Shown here: positions 25,211-35,736 of the stretch, in pieces
Position numbering within the stretch: the stretch's first letter is position 1
Layout: each line of letters opens with the position of its first letter
Assembly: GCF_030028105.1 (NCBI RefSeq)
Contig: NC_092374.1
Location: 195,171,345-195,235,344 of the forward strand
DNA: 64,000 bases
Direction: 5' to 3'
Source of the DNA: Mobula birostris
Lineage: Eukaryota
The notes under the pieces: model-generated
The model's database searches: none
What the model was told of the DNA's origin: nothing
Seen by the model: the letters and a program-made list of their open reading frames with translations, nothing else
Position numbers and translations under genes: made by a program

Positions 25211-25924
25211 TTATATACTTTGCCCTGAAATGTTTTGATCGAATTGTGTTCTTTCTTGTAACGGTATGCTTAACTTAAAAGACCAAAAGAAATAACGTTT
25301 TTGCCCATCAAACCTACTCCGCCATTTCACCATGGCTGATCTGTTTTCCCTCTTAGCCCCAGTCTCCTGCCTTGATTCCGATTTGGAGCGGATTCGATGC
25401 GGAAAAGTTTCGTTGTTCGTCCACCTAACCAGGTGTAAGGTTGGATCATTCCAAGCGCCAAGCCGATCGAGAATGGCTTCGGGCTGGGCAGCCAAACTGT
25501 GTTGCTACGCCGGGGTCTGGGTCCTAGAGCAAGGCCCTATCCGGTGTTTGGACAATTGAAACGCCAGTTTGGATAGACTGGAAAGCCAAGTATTCCCCTT
25601 AATAAAAATACAGGACATAGATTTTGGGTAAGGAGTAAGAAATCCGAGGAGGACCTTTTTTTTTACCCAGAATTTCGCTAATACTTGTAATTCAATGGCA
25701 GTGTCACTGTTAGAAGCATAGTAACCTAGAACATTAAGAAGTGCTTAGATGAGCACTGTAATCAGCTTTGAAGGCTCTGGGCGGATGCTGGGCAATGAGA
25801 TCAAGGCCAATGGGAGCCCACTGGTTGGCCTGGGTAAGTTGGGAGGAAATGCTATCTGAAGTTTTTGAAAGGCCAACCAATCGATTAAAGTGTGAATTGG
25901 GTGACAGAGTAGCAGTTACAAACA

Positions 25925-26280
25925 TATAGAAACATAGAAAACCTACAGCGCAATACCGGCTCTTCGGCCCACAAACTGTGCCGAACCTGTCCCTACCTTA
26001 GAAGTACCTAGGCTTTACCCTCAGCCCTCTATATTTCTAAGCTCCATGTAGCCATCCAGGAGTCTCTTAAAAGACCCTAATGTTTCCGCCTCCACCACTG
26101 CCGCCGGCAGCCCATTCCACGCACTCACCACTCTCTGCGTAAAATACTTACCCCTGACATCTCCTCTGCACCTACTTCCAAGCACCTTAAAACCGTGCCC
26201 TCTCGTGTTAGCCATTTCAGCCCTGGGGAAAAGCCTCTGACGATCCACACTATCAATGCCTCTCATTACCTTGTACACCT
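25925..26280 (-). mobile_element. 5'-truncated CR1 3' end (paralogue 60240-60598)
   Basis: EVYKVMRGIDSVDRQRLFPRAEM...; tail tttctatgtttctatgtt on the minus strand. Confidence 0.8.
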
Positions 26281-27079
26281 CAGAAAAAGTTCTCAATTCT
26301 CAAATAAAAAGAAAAAGAGCCACAAGTTAACTGAAACATATGAAACCACAATTGAGTTAGCGTATAAACCAATTGTAAGTTTTATTAAAAGCAACACACA
26401 CAACTGGATTTCAAGCGTGGCAGAATCTCTTGTCTTTATGGCCTGCTTGATTGATGAGCTCTAAGAAGCGCAGGCGCCGGGATAACTTATTGATGTATAA
26501 AAACTTGGAACGTTTGAACATTTCATTTCTATGCGTAGTTTGAAATTTCGAATATGCATGTTGACAAATGCTGAAATTAAATTTAAGATTACAAAATGCC
26601 CACTATGATTCTCATAAAAATTGCGGCTGCATCTTTCGTATATACACTCTGTCCTCCGGCTGTGCCACGGCTAGAATGCAGTTCTTGTTATATGATAAAG
26701 AACAGTACTGGAGAGGGTGTGGATAGGTTAATGCGAATCCCTAACATATCCTACTGACATGTTAAAAGCAAAAGGATTACAAGGGGGAATATTGGTCCTC
26801 TAGAACATCAGACTGGTAATCCATGTGTGGAGTCAAAAGAGATGAGGAGATTTTAAATGTAGATTTTATATTTGCATCTGTATTTACTCAGGAGACGAAC
26901 ACAGAGTCTGTAGAAGTAAGACAAACAGCGAGGCCATATACCCCATACAGATTACAGAGGAAAAAGTGCTTGCTGGCTCAGGGTGGATAAATCTCCAGGC
27001 CTAACAGGATGTTCCCTCGGACCTACTGGGGGGCAAATGCAGAAATTGCTGTGGCCCTAATGAAATACTTAAAAGACTG

Positions 27080-27280
27080 TCTTCTCCTATCATTTTGGAT
27101 CTCCCCCTCCCCCTCCCACTTTCAAATCGCTTACTAGCTCTTCTTTCAGTTAGTCCTGACGAAGGGTCTCGGCCCGAAACGTCGACTGCACCTCTTCCTA
27201 GAGATGCTGCCTGGCCTGCTGCGTTCACCACCAACTTTGATGTGCGTTGCTTGAATTTCCAGCATCTGCAGAATTCCTCT
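27080..27280 (+). mobile_element. Penelope-like pseudo-LTR fragment carrying a hammerhead motif (paralogue 61500-61700)
   Basis: cctgacgaagggtctcggcccgaaacgtcgactg...gatgctgcctggcctgctg...ccagcatctgcag. Confidence 0.7.
27152..27187 (+). ncRNA. Minimal type I hammerhead ribozyme-like motif
   Basis: Stem I AGTC/GACT flanking CTGACGA-(A)-GGGT[CTCG]GCCC-GAAAC-GTC. Confidence 0.6.
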
Positions 27281-28995
27281 TGTTAGTGAGCAGAGGGGAT
27301 GGGATGTAGTATTGAAGATATATAAGACGTTGATGAGGCCTAATTTGGAGTATTGTGTGCAGTTTTGGTGACTAATCAAGGGGAATGATGTAGATATGGT
27401 TAAAAGAGTATAGAGACAATTTACAAGGATGTTTACAGGTACAATTTACAAGGTACAAAGGAGATGTCAGGGGTAAGCTTTTTACGCAGAGAATGGTGAG
27501 TGCGTGGAATGGGCTGCCGGCAACGATGGTGCAGGCGGATATGAAAGGGTCTTTTAAGAGACTTTTAGATAGGTACATGGAGCTTAGTAAAATAGAGGGT
27601 TATAGGTAAGCCTAGTAATTTCTAAGCTAGGGGCATGTTGGGCACAAAGAGTTGTGGGCCGAAGGGCCTGTATCGTGCTGTAGGTTTCCTACGTTTCCAT
27701 GTTTCTATGTTTCTATGTTGTCGGGACTGGAGGACCTGAATTTATAAGGAAAGATTGAGTCGGTAAGGACTTCATTCCATTCAACGTAAAAGTGAGAGGA
27801 GATTTGGTAGAGGCGTACAAAATTATGAAGGATAGGGAAAATGCAAGCAGGCTTTTTCCACTGAATTTGAGTGGGACTACAACTAGACATCATGGGTTAA
27901 GCGTGAAACGTGAAACGGTTAAGGGGAAAGTAAGGGAACACTTCTTCACTCAGGGTCTCGTAAGAGTGCTGAATGAGCCGTTAGCGCAAGTGATGCATGT
28001 GAGCTCTATTTCAACAATTTATTGCTCTAACCGATTTAATCTTTTAACAAATTATATTCAATATCTGGTTCTACAATCTGTTGCCCGTTTACCTCCTGAG
28101 AACCCTGCTGCGCCGAGGCTTTGCGTACAATAGGTCTACGATACCAAGACACGGAATTAGCAAGGTTGGGTCAGTATAGTAACCGAGTTCAAGTGTGATG
28201 CCAACACTTACAAACTACTAATCATGAGGACAATGGGTAACCCTTGGTAATTTCTAAAGTAAGTACATGTTCGGCACAGGATTGTGGGCCGAAGGGCCTG
28301 CATTGTGCTGTAGTTTTTCTATGTTCTATGTTACTATGTTTCTGTGAGAAGAGATTAGCTGGTATGTGCTTTAGTAAAAATCTTCGCTGAGATGTGGAAA
28401 AGGAAGGGATAACTAGAGGTCATATATATAGGAAATAACTCTTTCACATCAGCGAAAAAAAACTACCAGACATTAATCTGAAGTAATAGTATTTATGGAT
28501 TACGGAGAAGGGGAATTTTTTCAACTGCAATTCTAAGGCAAGTTGCCTGGAAACATAGTGAAAGTGGATGACATCATATTTTCAAAGTATTGATGAGCAC
28601 GGAGAGGAGTGTCTTTTCAGGTTAAGGATTTGTTGTGGGATTTGTTTGGACTAAATCCTTTTCGATCAGATTAGAACATCGCTCACTACAGCATAGAATG
28701 GGGGATGATGTGGAATTGCAATGAAACACTGGGGCTAATGACCGGATGTATCTCACTCAAGAAGCGCCAGTGACTGCAACAAATTGAACGTGGCGAAAAT
28801 GTATTAATTAAGTTCTGAAAAAAATCTAGAAGCTCAACTTTGTTTCCTTGTCTCCAAATGAGCCTGACGTGTTAAGTGTTTCAAACCTTTTATTTAATAT
28901 TCTTTTTTAACTGCAGACGTTGCAGCTGGTTTAAGTGTACTCTGCTCTAGTTTTTGTATTGCTCTATTTCTGCGGTGGACTGTAGATGAGATCTG

Positions 28996-29009
28996 GCGCC
29001 ACCTAGAGG
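28996..29009 (-). promoter_or_regulatory. CTCF-like binding motif
   Basis: Minus strand CCTCTAGGTGGCGC is a close match to the CTCF core consensus CCASYAGRKGGCRS; lies in unique sequence between the two gene units. Confidence 0.5.
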
Positions 29010-29154
29010 CTGCACAGCGTGACTCAAATCCGTGCAGAAGTGAATTGCTGTGCGGTCACTGGGCTCTTTCGCGTTTGACTACATTAATGCCTATTAATTT
29101 AGAAAAAAGGCACAGTGAAACTGCACTCAGTGACCACTTTATTAGGGTACACAT

Positions 29155-29982
29155 TGTTACGCACCCCGTAACTGGGTTGCCAAACCAGCAGAAATGGACC
29201 ACTTAGTTAGAGTCTGGATTACTGGAACTAAGAAAGTTTTATTAAAGAAATAAGTAACACAGTACTCTAATGGTAAGGATATAAATGCAACAGGTTACCA
29301 ATGATAAAAAGCACCTGTACACAGAACTAGGGTAATAGGAATCAACCAAGCTCTATCGCAGTCTAGGGGTAAAATGATCAGTCTCAAGTGACGCAGAATT
29401 CAGCTCAGTTTAGTACAGATCGCAGTAATCGCTGTTGTGCCGTTGGAGAGAGAGAGAGAGAATGCAAATTTTTATTCAAGCAGACCTTTGATGTTCTGCG
29501 CAGTTAGCTTTCGAGCGGACCCTTTTATGTCTTCTATGGTCACCGACTGTGACCCCTCCGTTCCGGATACGACGGTTCTTCCGCGGTGAACCCGGCACCC
29601 AGGCAAGGGCGGACAGACACACCAGGTTCCCGCCCATCGTATATTTTCACCCTGTACGTCTGTGGTCGGTTTCCGCGAACCAGACCTCCAACTCCGCCAA
29701 CTTGTGGGGGCACACCGCTCTTCCAGGGTCTCGTTATCTCGTGATCTCGTGGTGTGTCCCGTGCCTTAGCGAACCCGTTCTTCTTATCCCCCTGCTGGGG
29801 TATCGCCTGTCCATCAAACTTCAAACAGTTCAGGTTCAAAGCAACCGGTCTGTAAATACTCTGAATTGTGACTCTTTTCGTTATCTCTCTCCTCTCTCAT
29901 TAACATCTTGAACGTTTCTCCATTTGTCTCCCTTATCTCTCTCAACAGCATCAATCTTCTGATAACTTGGTTTTTCGTCACA
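29155..29982. mobile_element. Solo LTR (828 bp)
   Basis: TGTTACG...CGTCACA termini with a perfect 4-bp TSD ACAT (29151-29154 and 29983-29986); no internal coding region. Confidence 0.8.
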
Positions 29983-30024
29983 ACATGTAGACCTGCTTGT
30001 TAATGTAAATATCTTAGCAGCCAA

Positions 30025-30310
30025 GGACGCCATGGTATCGTAGTTGTCAGCGAGACGCTATTACAGCAGCAGGCGTCGGAGTTCGGAGTGCAATGCCAAC
30101 GTCGTCTGTCAGGAGTGTGTCCGTTTCTCCCCATGAATGCATGAGTTTCCTCTGGATGCTCTGGTTTCCTCCCACAGTTGAAAAACACACCGACTAGTGG
30201 GTTAACTCGTCATTGTAAACTGTCCTGTGATTAGTCTAGGGTTAAATAGATGGGTCACTAGGTGGTGCGGCTCAGTGGGACTCTTCCGTGTTGTACCCAT
30301 TAGTAATTAA
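30025..30310 (+). mobile_element. V-SINE-like tRNA-derived SINE
   Basis: tRNA-like head and core gtttcctctggatgctctggtttcctcccacag...cattgtaaactgtcc. Confidence 0.7.
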
Positions 30311-30572
30311 TAAATGAATGAATAATAGATAGATAAATAAATAGCGGACAGATGGGCAGAAAAATAAATAAATAGATAGATAGGTAGACAAATAGACAGT
30401 CTCTAGAGTTTAAAGGATGGTGCATGAAACAACAACAAAATAAAACATCCAGTGAGCGGCAGTTCTGTGGGCGAAATCGCCTTGGTAATGAAAGGGGTAA
30501 GAGGAGAATGGTTTAGCTGGTTAAAGCTAACAGGAAGGGGACAGTCGAGCTTTGAAGTGGATGTGCTACGGT

Positions 30573-31468
30573 TGTCATGGTCCGGTCCGTGAAGTCCGTA
30601 TTCCGGTTCACGGTCCGGTCCATCGACCCTTGCTCCAGGTTTTCTTGTCTACCCTGTTTCTGTTCTTGTTGAGCTTTAATTGAGCCAGCTGATGCTCGTT
30701 GGGGCTGGCTGCATAAATACCTTCAGAGACAGGGCGTGGCCGTTGGATTGTTCTTGTCCTTACTCCTTGTTTCCCTTCCTCTGCCTTCTGTTTCCTCGCC
30801 TGAAGCCCTGCCTTGTCTTGCCGGTAACTCTCGTCTCGCCTGAAGTTCTCGTCTCGCCTTGCATTGCCTGAAGCCTTGCCTTGTCGTGCTGGTAACTCCC
30901 GCCTCCTCTCGCCTGCAGTCTTGTCCTGGAGCATCCTGTACCTAGCTCCCTTCCTGTCCCTTGCCTCCGCCCAGGTAAGCCAGGCCGTCTTGTCGTTACC
31001 TGTGGTTGGTTCTGTCTCTTCCTGTCCCTTGTCTCCGTCGGGTAAGCCAGGACGTCTAGCCGTTACCTGCGGTTAGTTGTGTCCCTTCCTGTCCCTTGCC
31101 TCTGTCGGGTGCTGATCCACGCCCTGCCCAGGAGTACCGCGCCCTGCTCAGGTGAACCGTGCCCTGCCCAGGAGCAGCCTGCCTAGCCTCAAGCCTGAAG
31201 ACTGCAGCTTCGTCCTGCCTGCCTGTCAAGTCTCGTCCTTGCCTAGTTCTGGGGTCCGAGCCAGAGGCAAGACCGAGGTACTGAGTTTTTGTCCAGTCTC
31301 TGGCTCGGAGTCCAAGCCCGGGCTGCTAGCTCTCTTGTCCAGTCCTGTTCCGGGTTCCCGGTTTTCATGTCCATGTCCTTGACCTCACCCTGTATCCTAG
31401 TCCTGTCCCTAGTACTTCAGTGTCTGTGTCCTGCACTTGGGTCCGTTCCCAGCCACCGCCTTATGACA
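30573..31468 (+). mobile_element. Solo LTR (896 bp) with internal tandem sub-repeats
   Basis: Perfect TGTCAT...ATGACA termini; 5-bp TSD ACGGT/ACAGT (one mismatch); TATA-like gcataaata near 30711; iterated cctgtcccttgcctc...gggtaagccagg units. Confidence 0.75.
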
Positions 31469-31592
31469 ACAGTAGCAGAAATTCATGATTGTACACATAC
31501 AGGAGACACCTTCTTAAGAGGCCACTGAGGGTGTATATATATATATATAGAGAGATAGAGATATATATAGTCATTTCGGTGGATATTAGCAC

Positions 31593-32170
31593 TTTATTGA
31601 ATCGAAAATTGCACGACGTCTCTTGTTAGTGATGTACACACACAACGGATGAAAATTACACGTTAGATTAAAGTTTTATTGATTTCCAAGTCTAGAAACC
31701 AATAAATGGCTGTCGATTGTTTCCCGTTATTTCCGTGTTTATTTTTTTCCCTGTTGCTGCTTAACAAGTCGTTCTCTTCCCGCAAGATGGAAGATTTTGG
31801 TTTTACTCAGTACGACTGCCATTAACCATCGCGGTCAGTCAGAATAAACTGGATAATCATATTTAGTAAAATACAGCTTTCAGTAAGCTATCATATAAGC
31901 ATGTCATATGTGGTTAATATCTGACATGGTGTTCCAGAGAAGACAATAGAGGCAGATATAATTACGATATTTATACGTAGTTTCGGCAGTCGATAGGAAA
32001 TGCGTGGAGGGATTCGGGCCTAAAGCGGCATATGGGATTAATATATATTGACGTGATTTTTTGATGCTATCGTTGGATGTAATATATTTATCTGAAAAAT
32101 ACCCATGTGCTGTGGTACAGAGCAATATTCTGAAAGGCAATAAAATACACAGTCCTTTTCTGTATTTAAT
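31593..32170 (-). terminator. Candidate 3' UTR poly(A) signals of copy B
   Basis: Minus-strand ATTAAA at 32165-32170 and AATAAA at 31738-31743, 31675-31680 and 31593-31598, downstream of the TM-exon stop. Confidence 0.45.
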
Positions 32171-32252
32171 AATTAGATATGCAGTTATTCTCACTCATTA
32201 GCAATAAACACAACATCAAAAGCAGTCTACTATTCCGTTTGGAAATTCCATG

Positions 32253-32413
32253 TTAGATTAATTTGTTCCTGTTGACAATTCCACGAGACCTCCGGGAACG
32301 GATGAAGAGAACCGTTACAATGTTGATCACAAGAAATATTATAAGTTTCACTCCCATTTCAAGTAGCTGCCAACGTAAGCTCCTTCCAGCGCTTTTTGTT
32401 GCCTTCATGCCTG
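32253..32413 (-). CDS. Stalk / transmembrane / cytoplasmic terminal exon, copy B
   Basis: Acceptor ttgttttgttatCAGCAG (tandem AG) in the phase-1 frame required by the V exon; hydrophobic GVKLIIFLVINIVTVLFI then basic stop-transfer RSRRSR and TAA at 32253-32255; 447-bp intron to the V exon. Confidence 0.82.
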
Positions 32414-35400
32414 CTGATAACAAAACAATCAGAATCACTAATTACGTTTCTGAGGCCTACATCTTTCTACATAAACGAAAATACTAACATAAATCAAGAG
32501 TGTTAGAAGCAGCGTCTCTAGCACAGCTGCTATCCCGGGCAGCCAGCATAAGTCGTAGGAGCGTAAACAGACCATTCGGCCCTTCCAGTCTATCCCCTAT
32601 CTCACCATGGAAAATTTATTATCCCTCTGCACCCCATATTTCGTACAGACCAAGATCTCTGTTACAGCATAGGTTTCTTACCAGTTGTGCCAGTTTCCTC
32701 TTTCATCCCAAGGACGCGGATTTGTAAGTTAGTTCACCATCAATATGTCAACGACATCCCGAATTTCTGTGTCTAAATTTGTATCGAGGTACACTTTATT
32801 GCAGAAGTTGAGAAATGCGCATCAAACATCGAATATAAATGCAAAATAATACGAACTTACTTGTGACTTGAACTTCTGTCCCTTTGCCAAGATAACTTTC
32901 CTTGTCGAGAATTTGTACTTTGCAGTAATACTTTCCTGTATCGTTCATTCTGACGTCGACGATTTGTAAAGTTTGCCTAAGAAAGCCTTTTGAACTGTTA
33001 GTCGTTACGCGACCATGAAACCCACTGCACTTGTTGCAAACGGTACCGTTTTCCTCGTCTTTGTACCAGGTAAGAAATCCGATCCACTTCTTTGTAACGT
33101 TAATATAACTGATGTAAGCACAATTCAGCTGCGCCGTGCCCCCTTCAGTAACCGTGATCCGCTCCGGCCATTGGTGGCTTATTCCGTTAGCTCTGGCAGC
33201 TGCTGTAACCGGAAATAATCTCATAGTCTCATACCTTCCTTTCGGCCCGACATATCAAACCCACGAGTTGTACATAACTACGCTGATCTCATTTACTCAC
33301 ATCTTGTCCATAGACTTCTCTGCTGTGGCTATTCAAGTATTCGATGCCTTTATAAATATCTCGACAGTACCTGTCTCCACCACCTCGTCAGACAGTACAT
33401 CCCAGTTTTAAACCACCTTCTGTCTGAAAGGAATCCCTATAGGTTCTCGAACTTCCCATCTCTCACAGTACAATTATGTCATTGTTTCTCAACACACCGG
33501 TCACGGAATAAAGATTGTCGCCATCTACAAATCTTCACTTTCTAATTTAATCAGCTGCAACTTCATCCTGTCAGCTCAATAACATTCTTCCTATAATGTA
33601 GGGGCTAAATCCGCTGACGATAACCGAGATGAGGTCTACCTAATGTTTTAAGAAGCTGTAAACTAACGTCCCAATTATTACTAATAATGACACGTCAATG
33701 AAGGCAGACATTCGAATATCCACTTTATCCACTGCTGCTGTCACTTTGAGTATTCTACGGACTTACAACCTGAGGTCCCTCAGCTCACTAATACTCAGCA
33801 GAGGCCTCCCATATATTGCGTGCGTTCTGCTATGGTTTGCCTCCCCAAATGTCATTTGCCATTGCCTATTGCTGTTGACAACAGCGCCCATTATCAATAA
33901 TAATCACAAATCTCATTTTTCATCGCCACTGAGATGGAAACTTTCCCTCGTCACTGAGCATCAGAAAATTGATTCGTTACGTTTTCATTGAATCAAACAT
34001 GGAAGGCGATTTTTTCTTTAATCTGTATGCTGCAAGTGAGAGATGTGTATTTACAATAAAAATAACCTTCTCTATAATATTTTGTTCAGTCTCCAAATTT
34101 ATCCGAGACCTTTTATATAATTGATGCTTACGTAATTGAACCTTCTGTCAGGGAAATGCAAAGCTGAAAATCTACCGATCCATCCATACATTCAGGTCAG
34201 TCATGACCTGATTATACTATAGAGGGACGTCCATTTAGAACGGAGATGAGGAGGAATTTCTTTAACCACAGTGTGCTGAACCTGTGGAATTCGTTGCCAT
34301 AGGCGGCCGTGGAGACTAGGTCACTGGGTGCACTGAAAGTGGAGGTTAATAAGTTCTTGATTAGATAGGTTATTGGGAGAAGGCAGGACAATGGGTTGGA
34401 GAAAAAAATGGATCAGACATGATGAAAAGGTAGAGAGAATTCAAAAGGCCAAATGAATTAATTCTGCGCCCATGTCTAATGGTCATATCACAGTGATGAC
34501 TTGGTTCCCTGTTTCTCTTCTGTATTATCTTGGACACTCGGTACCGCTCTTTTTCTGCATTAGATAGAGCACTGGAGAGTTTGATTTTGGAACATCTGAA
34601 AGAGACCCGGCTCCCGAACATAGCAGAATGAGGACAGATTAAACAGAATGGAGTTATTCTCTCTGCTGTTTGAACGAATGACCGGTGATCTAAATGATGC
34701 ACACAAAGATAATGCGACGCTTAGCAAGCTAAATGGCAGATTAATATTCCCTGCTCAGAAGTTTAGAATGCAAGTAATTAATAAAAATATTGAAAAAGAA
34801 AGAATGAAGTTTTACGGTCTTAAAAAAGATTACTACTCGTTCGGGGGAGAAATGAGAAGAAATATCATCTCCCCTGGGCTGGTAAATCTCTGAAATTCTC
34901 TCGCCAAGGAGACCAAGGAGCTTCACTTACTGAACATATTTACAGAACACATTGATGCACGTTTAGCTATTAAGAGAACTTACAGATTCAGTGCACAGAG
35001 GTGATACTGAGGCAAAGCCTCTGTGCTGGGGAGAGCCGCTAACATTGCAAAATGCCAAATACGCGCTTCTTCCAAAATACGATCTAATTGCCACGATGGA
35101 ACGAATCGGCTGATTCTTTTTGTTATGTCATTGCGTTTTCATTCTCGGGTGCTCTAATTAACTACAGAACAGCTGTGCCACCGTGACCCCATCCTAAATT
35201 TTGCCCATGTCGCCTCACTGGATGCCCTTCCAAGATGTTCTCTCTAATTGCAGATGTTTAACAATGCGCATTTAATAATGCGGCTCTACCGACTCTTTCA
35301 CCCCCTCTCTGTACCGTTTGGAACATTAAAGCACTAAAACGTTGCTTTTCTTGTCCTGCCCGCAAGACAATGAATCTCAGATTAGTATATAGTGATATAT

Positions 35401-35623
35401 TCTGTATGTTCTCTGATAATAAATTTTACTTTGAACTTGCCCTTCCCTCAAAAAAGGACTGAATTGTTTCACTAATGAAGAATATGTGAGCATGAGCAAT
35501 TAGGCCTTAGATTAGTGACTATCTAAGTGATTGTCAAAATAATCTTGAGGAGAACAATAACACCTTAATGCTCCCAATATTCTTCTATCCCCCTCTCTCA
35601 TTCTCTGTTTCTCTTTCTGCTCT

Positions 35624-35673
<50 letters not shown>

Positions 35674-35736
35674 TTCTCGTTTGCAGCACTTACCAGAGAA
35701 CAACAGCAATAAACATACGAACTCATACCACGTCAT
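32253..35736 (-). CDS. NCR3/NKp30-like single VJ-type Ig-domain activating receptor, copy B, complete spliced CDS: join(35694-35736, 32861-33202, 32253-32413), 181 aa
   Basis: 43+342+161=546 nt in one open frame; all introns GT-AG, phase 1. Protein: MTWYEFVCLLLLFS-AAARANGISHQWPERITVTEGGTAQLNCAY...LTWYK...DTGKYYCKV...YLGKGTEVQVT-(T)GMKATKSAGRSLRWQLLEMGVKLIIFLVINIVTVLFIRSRRSRGIVNRNKLI*. The exon structure is seen directly. The NCR3 family assignment rests on architecture (germline V+J-like exon, basic TM residue, short tail), not on a database search. Confidence 0.85.
32795..32800 (-). terminator. Candidate intronic poly(A) signal AATAAA overlapping the read-through stop codon, copy B
   Basis: Same arrangement as in copy A. 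Confidence 0.4.
32861..33202 (-). CDS. V-set Ig domain exon with J-like G strand, copy B
   Basis: B-strand Cys (AQLNCAY), C-strand Trp (LTWYK), D-x-G-x-Y-Y-C (DTGKYYC), GxGT motif (LGKGTEVQVT); acceptor ttacag|, donor A|GTAAGT; 342 nt, phase 1-1. Confidence 0.93.
35625..35670. repeat. (GT)23 microsatellite
   Basis: Direct count. Confidence 0.95.
35694..35736 (-). CDS. Signal-peptide exon of copy B (exon 35694-35750 including 14 nt of 5' UTR)
   Basis: Acceptor ttcatttgcttctctttttctatag| precedes gcatccgccgaactATG; encodes MTWYEFVCLLLLFS; phase-1 donor G|GTAAGT. Confidence 0.9.

Larger units (their letters stand above)
7162..28412 (+). repeat. Segmental duplication, unit A
   Basis: Collinear direct similarity to 32733-64000, from ttcaccatcaatatgtcaacg to gagatgtggaaaaggaagggataa, including shared repeat insertions. 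Confidence 0.95.
29124..31533 (+). mobile_element. Non-autonomous Tc1/mariner-like DNA transposon relic hosting nested insertions
   Basis: Left end cactcagtgaccactttattagggtacac; degenerate inverted right end aagaggccactgagggtgta; internal aaaacatccagtgagcggcagttctgtggg...gctaacaggaag resembles Tc1-like transposase remnants. Confidence 0.6.

Noticed and set aside
25734-25925. 63-aa ORF conserved in both units (also 60050-60241)
   Set aside because: It is mostly the antisense of a decayed CR1 3' tail; conservation merely reflects the recent duplication.
30864-31160. Short interspersed direct repeats resembling a CRISPR array
   Set aside because: Eukaryotic context, no constant repeat with unique spacers; these are internal tandem sub-repeats of a solo LTR.
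35060-35135. About 73-bp segment present only in unit B within the leader-V intron
   Set aside because: No splice signals or motif seen; it looks like a neutral deletion in unit A.
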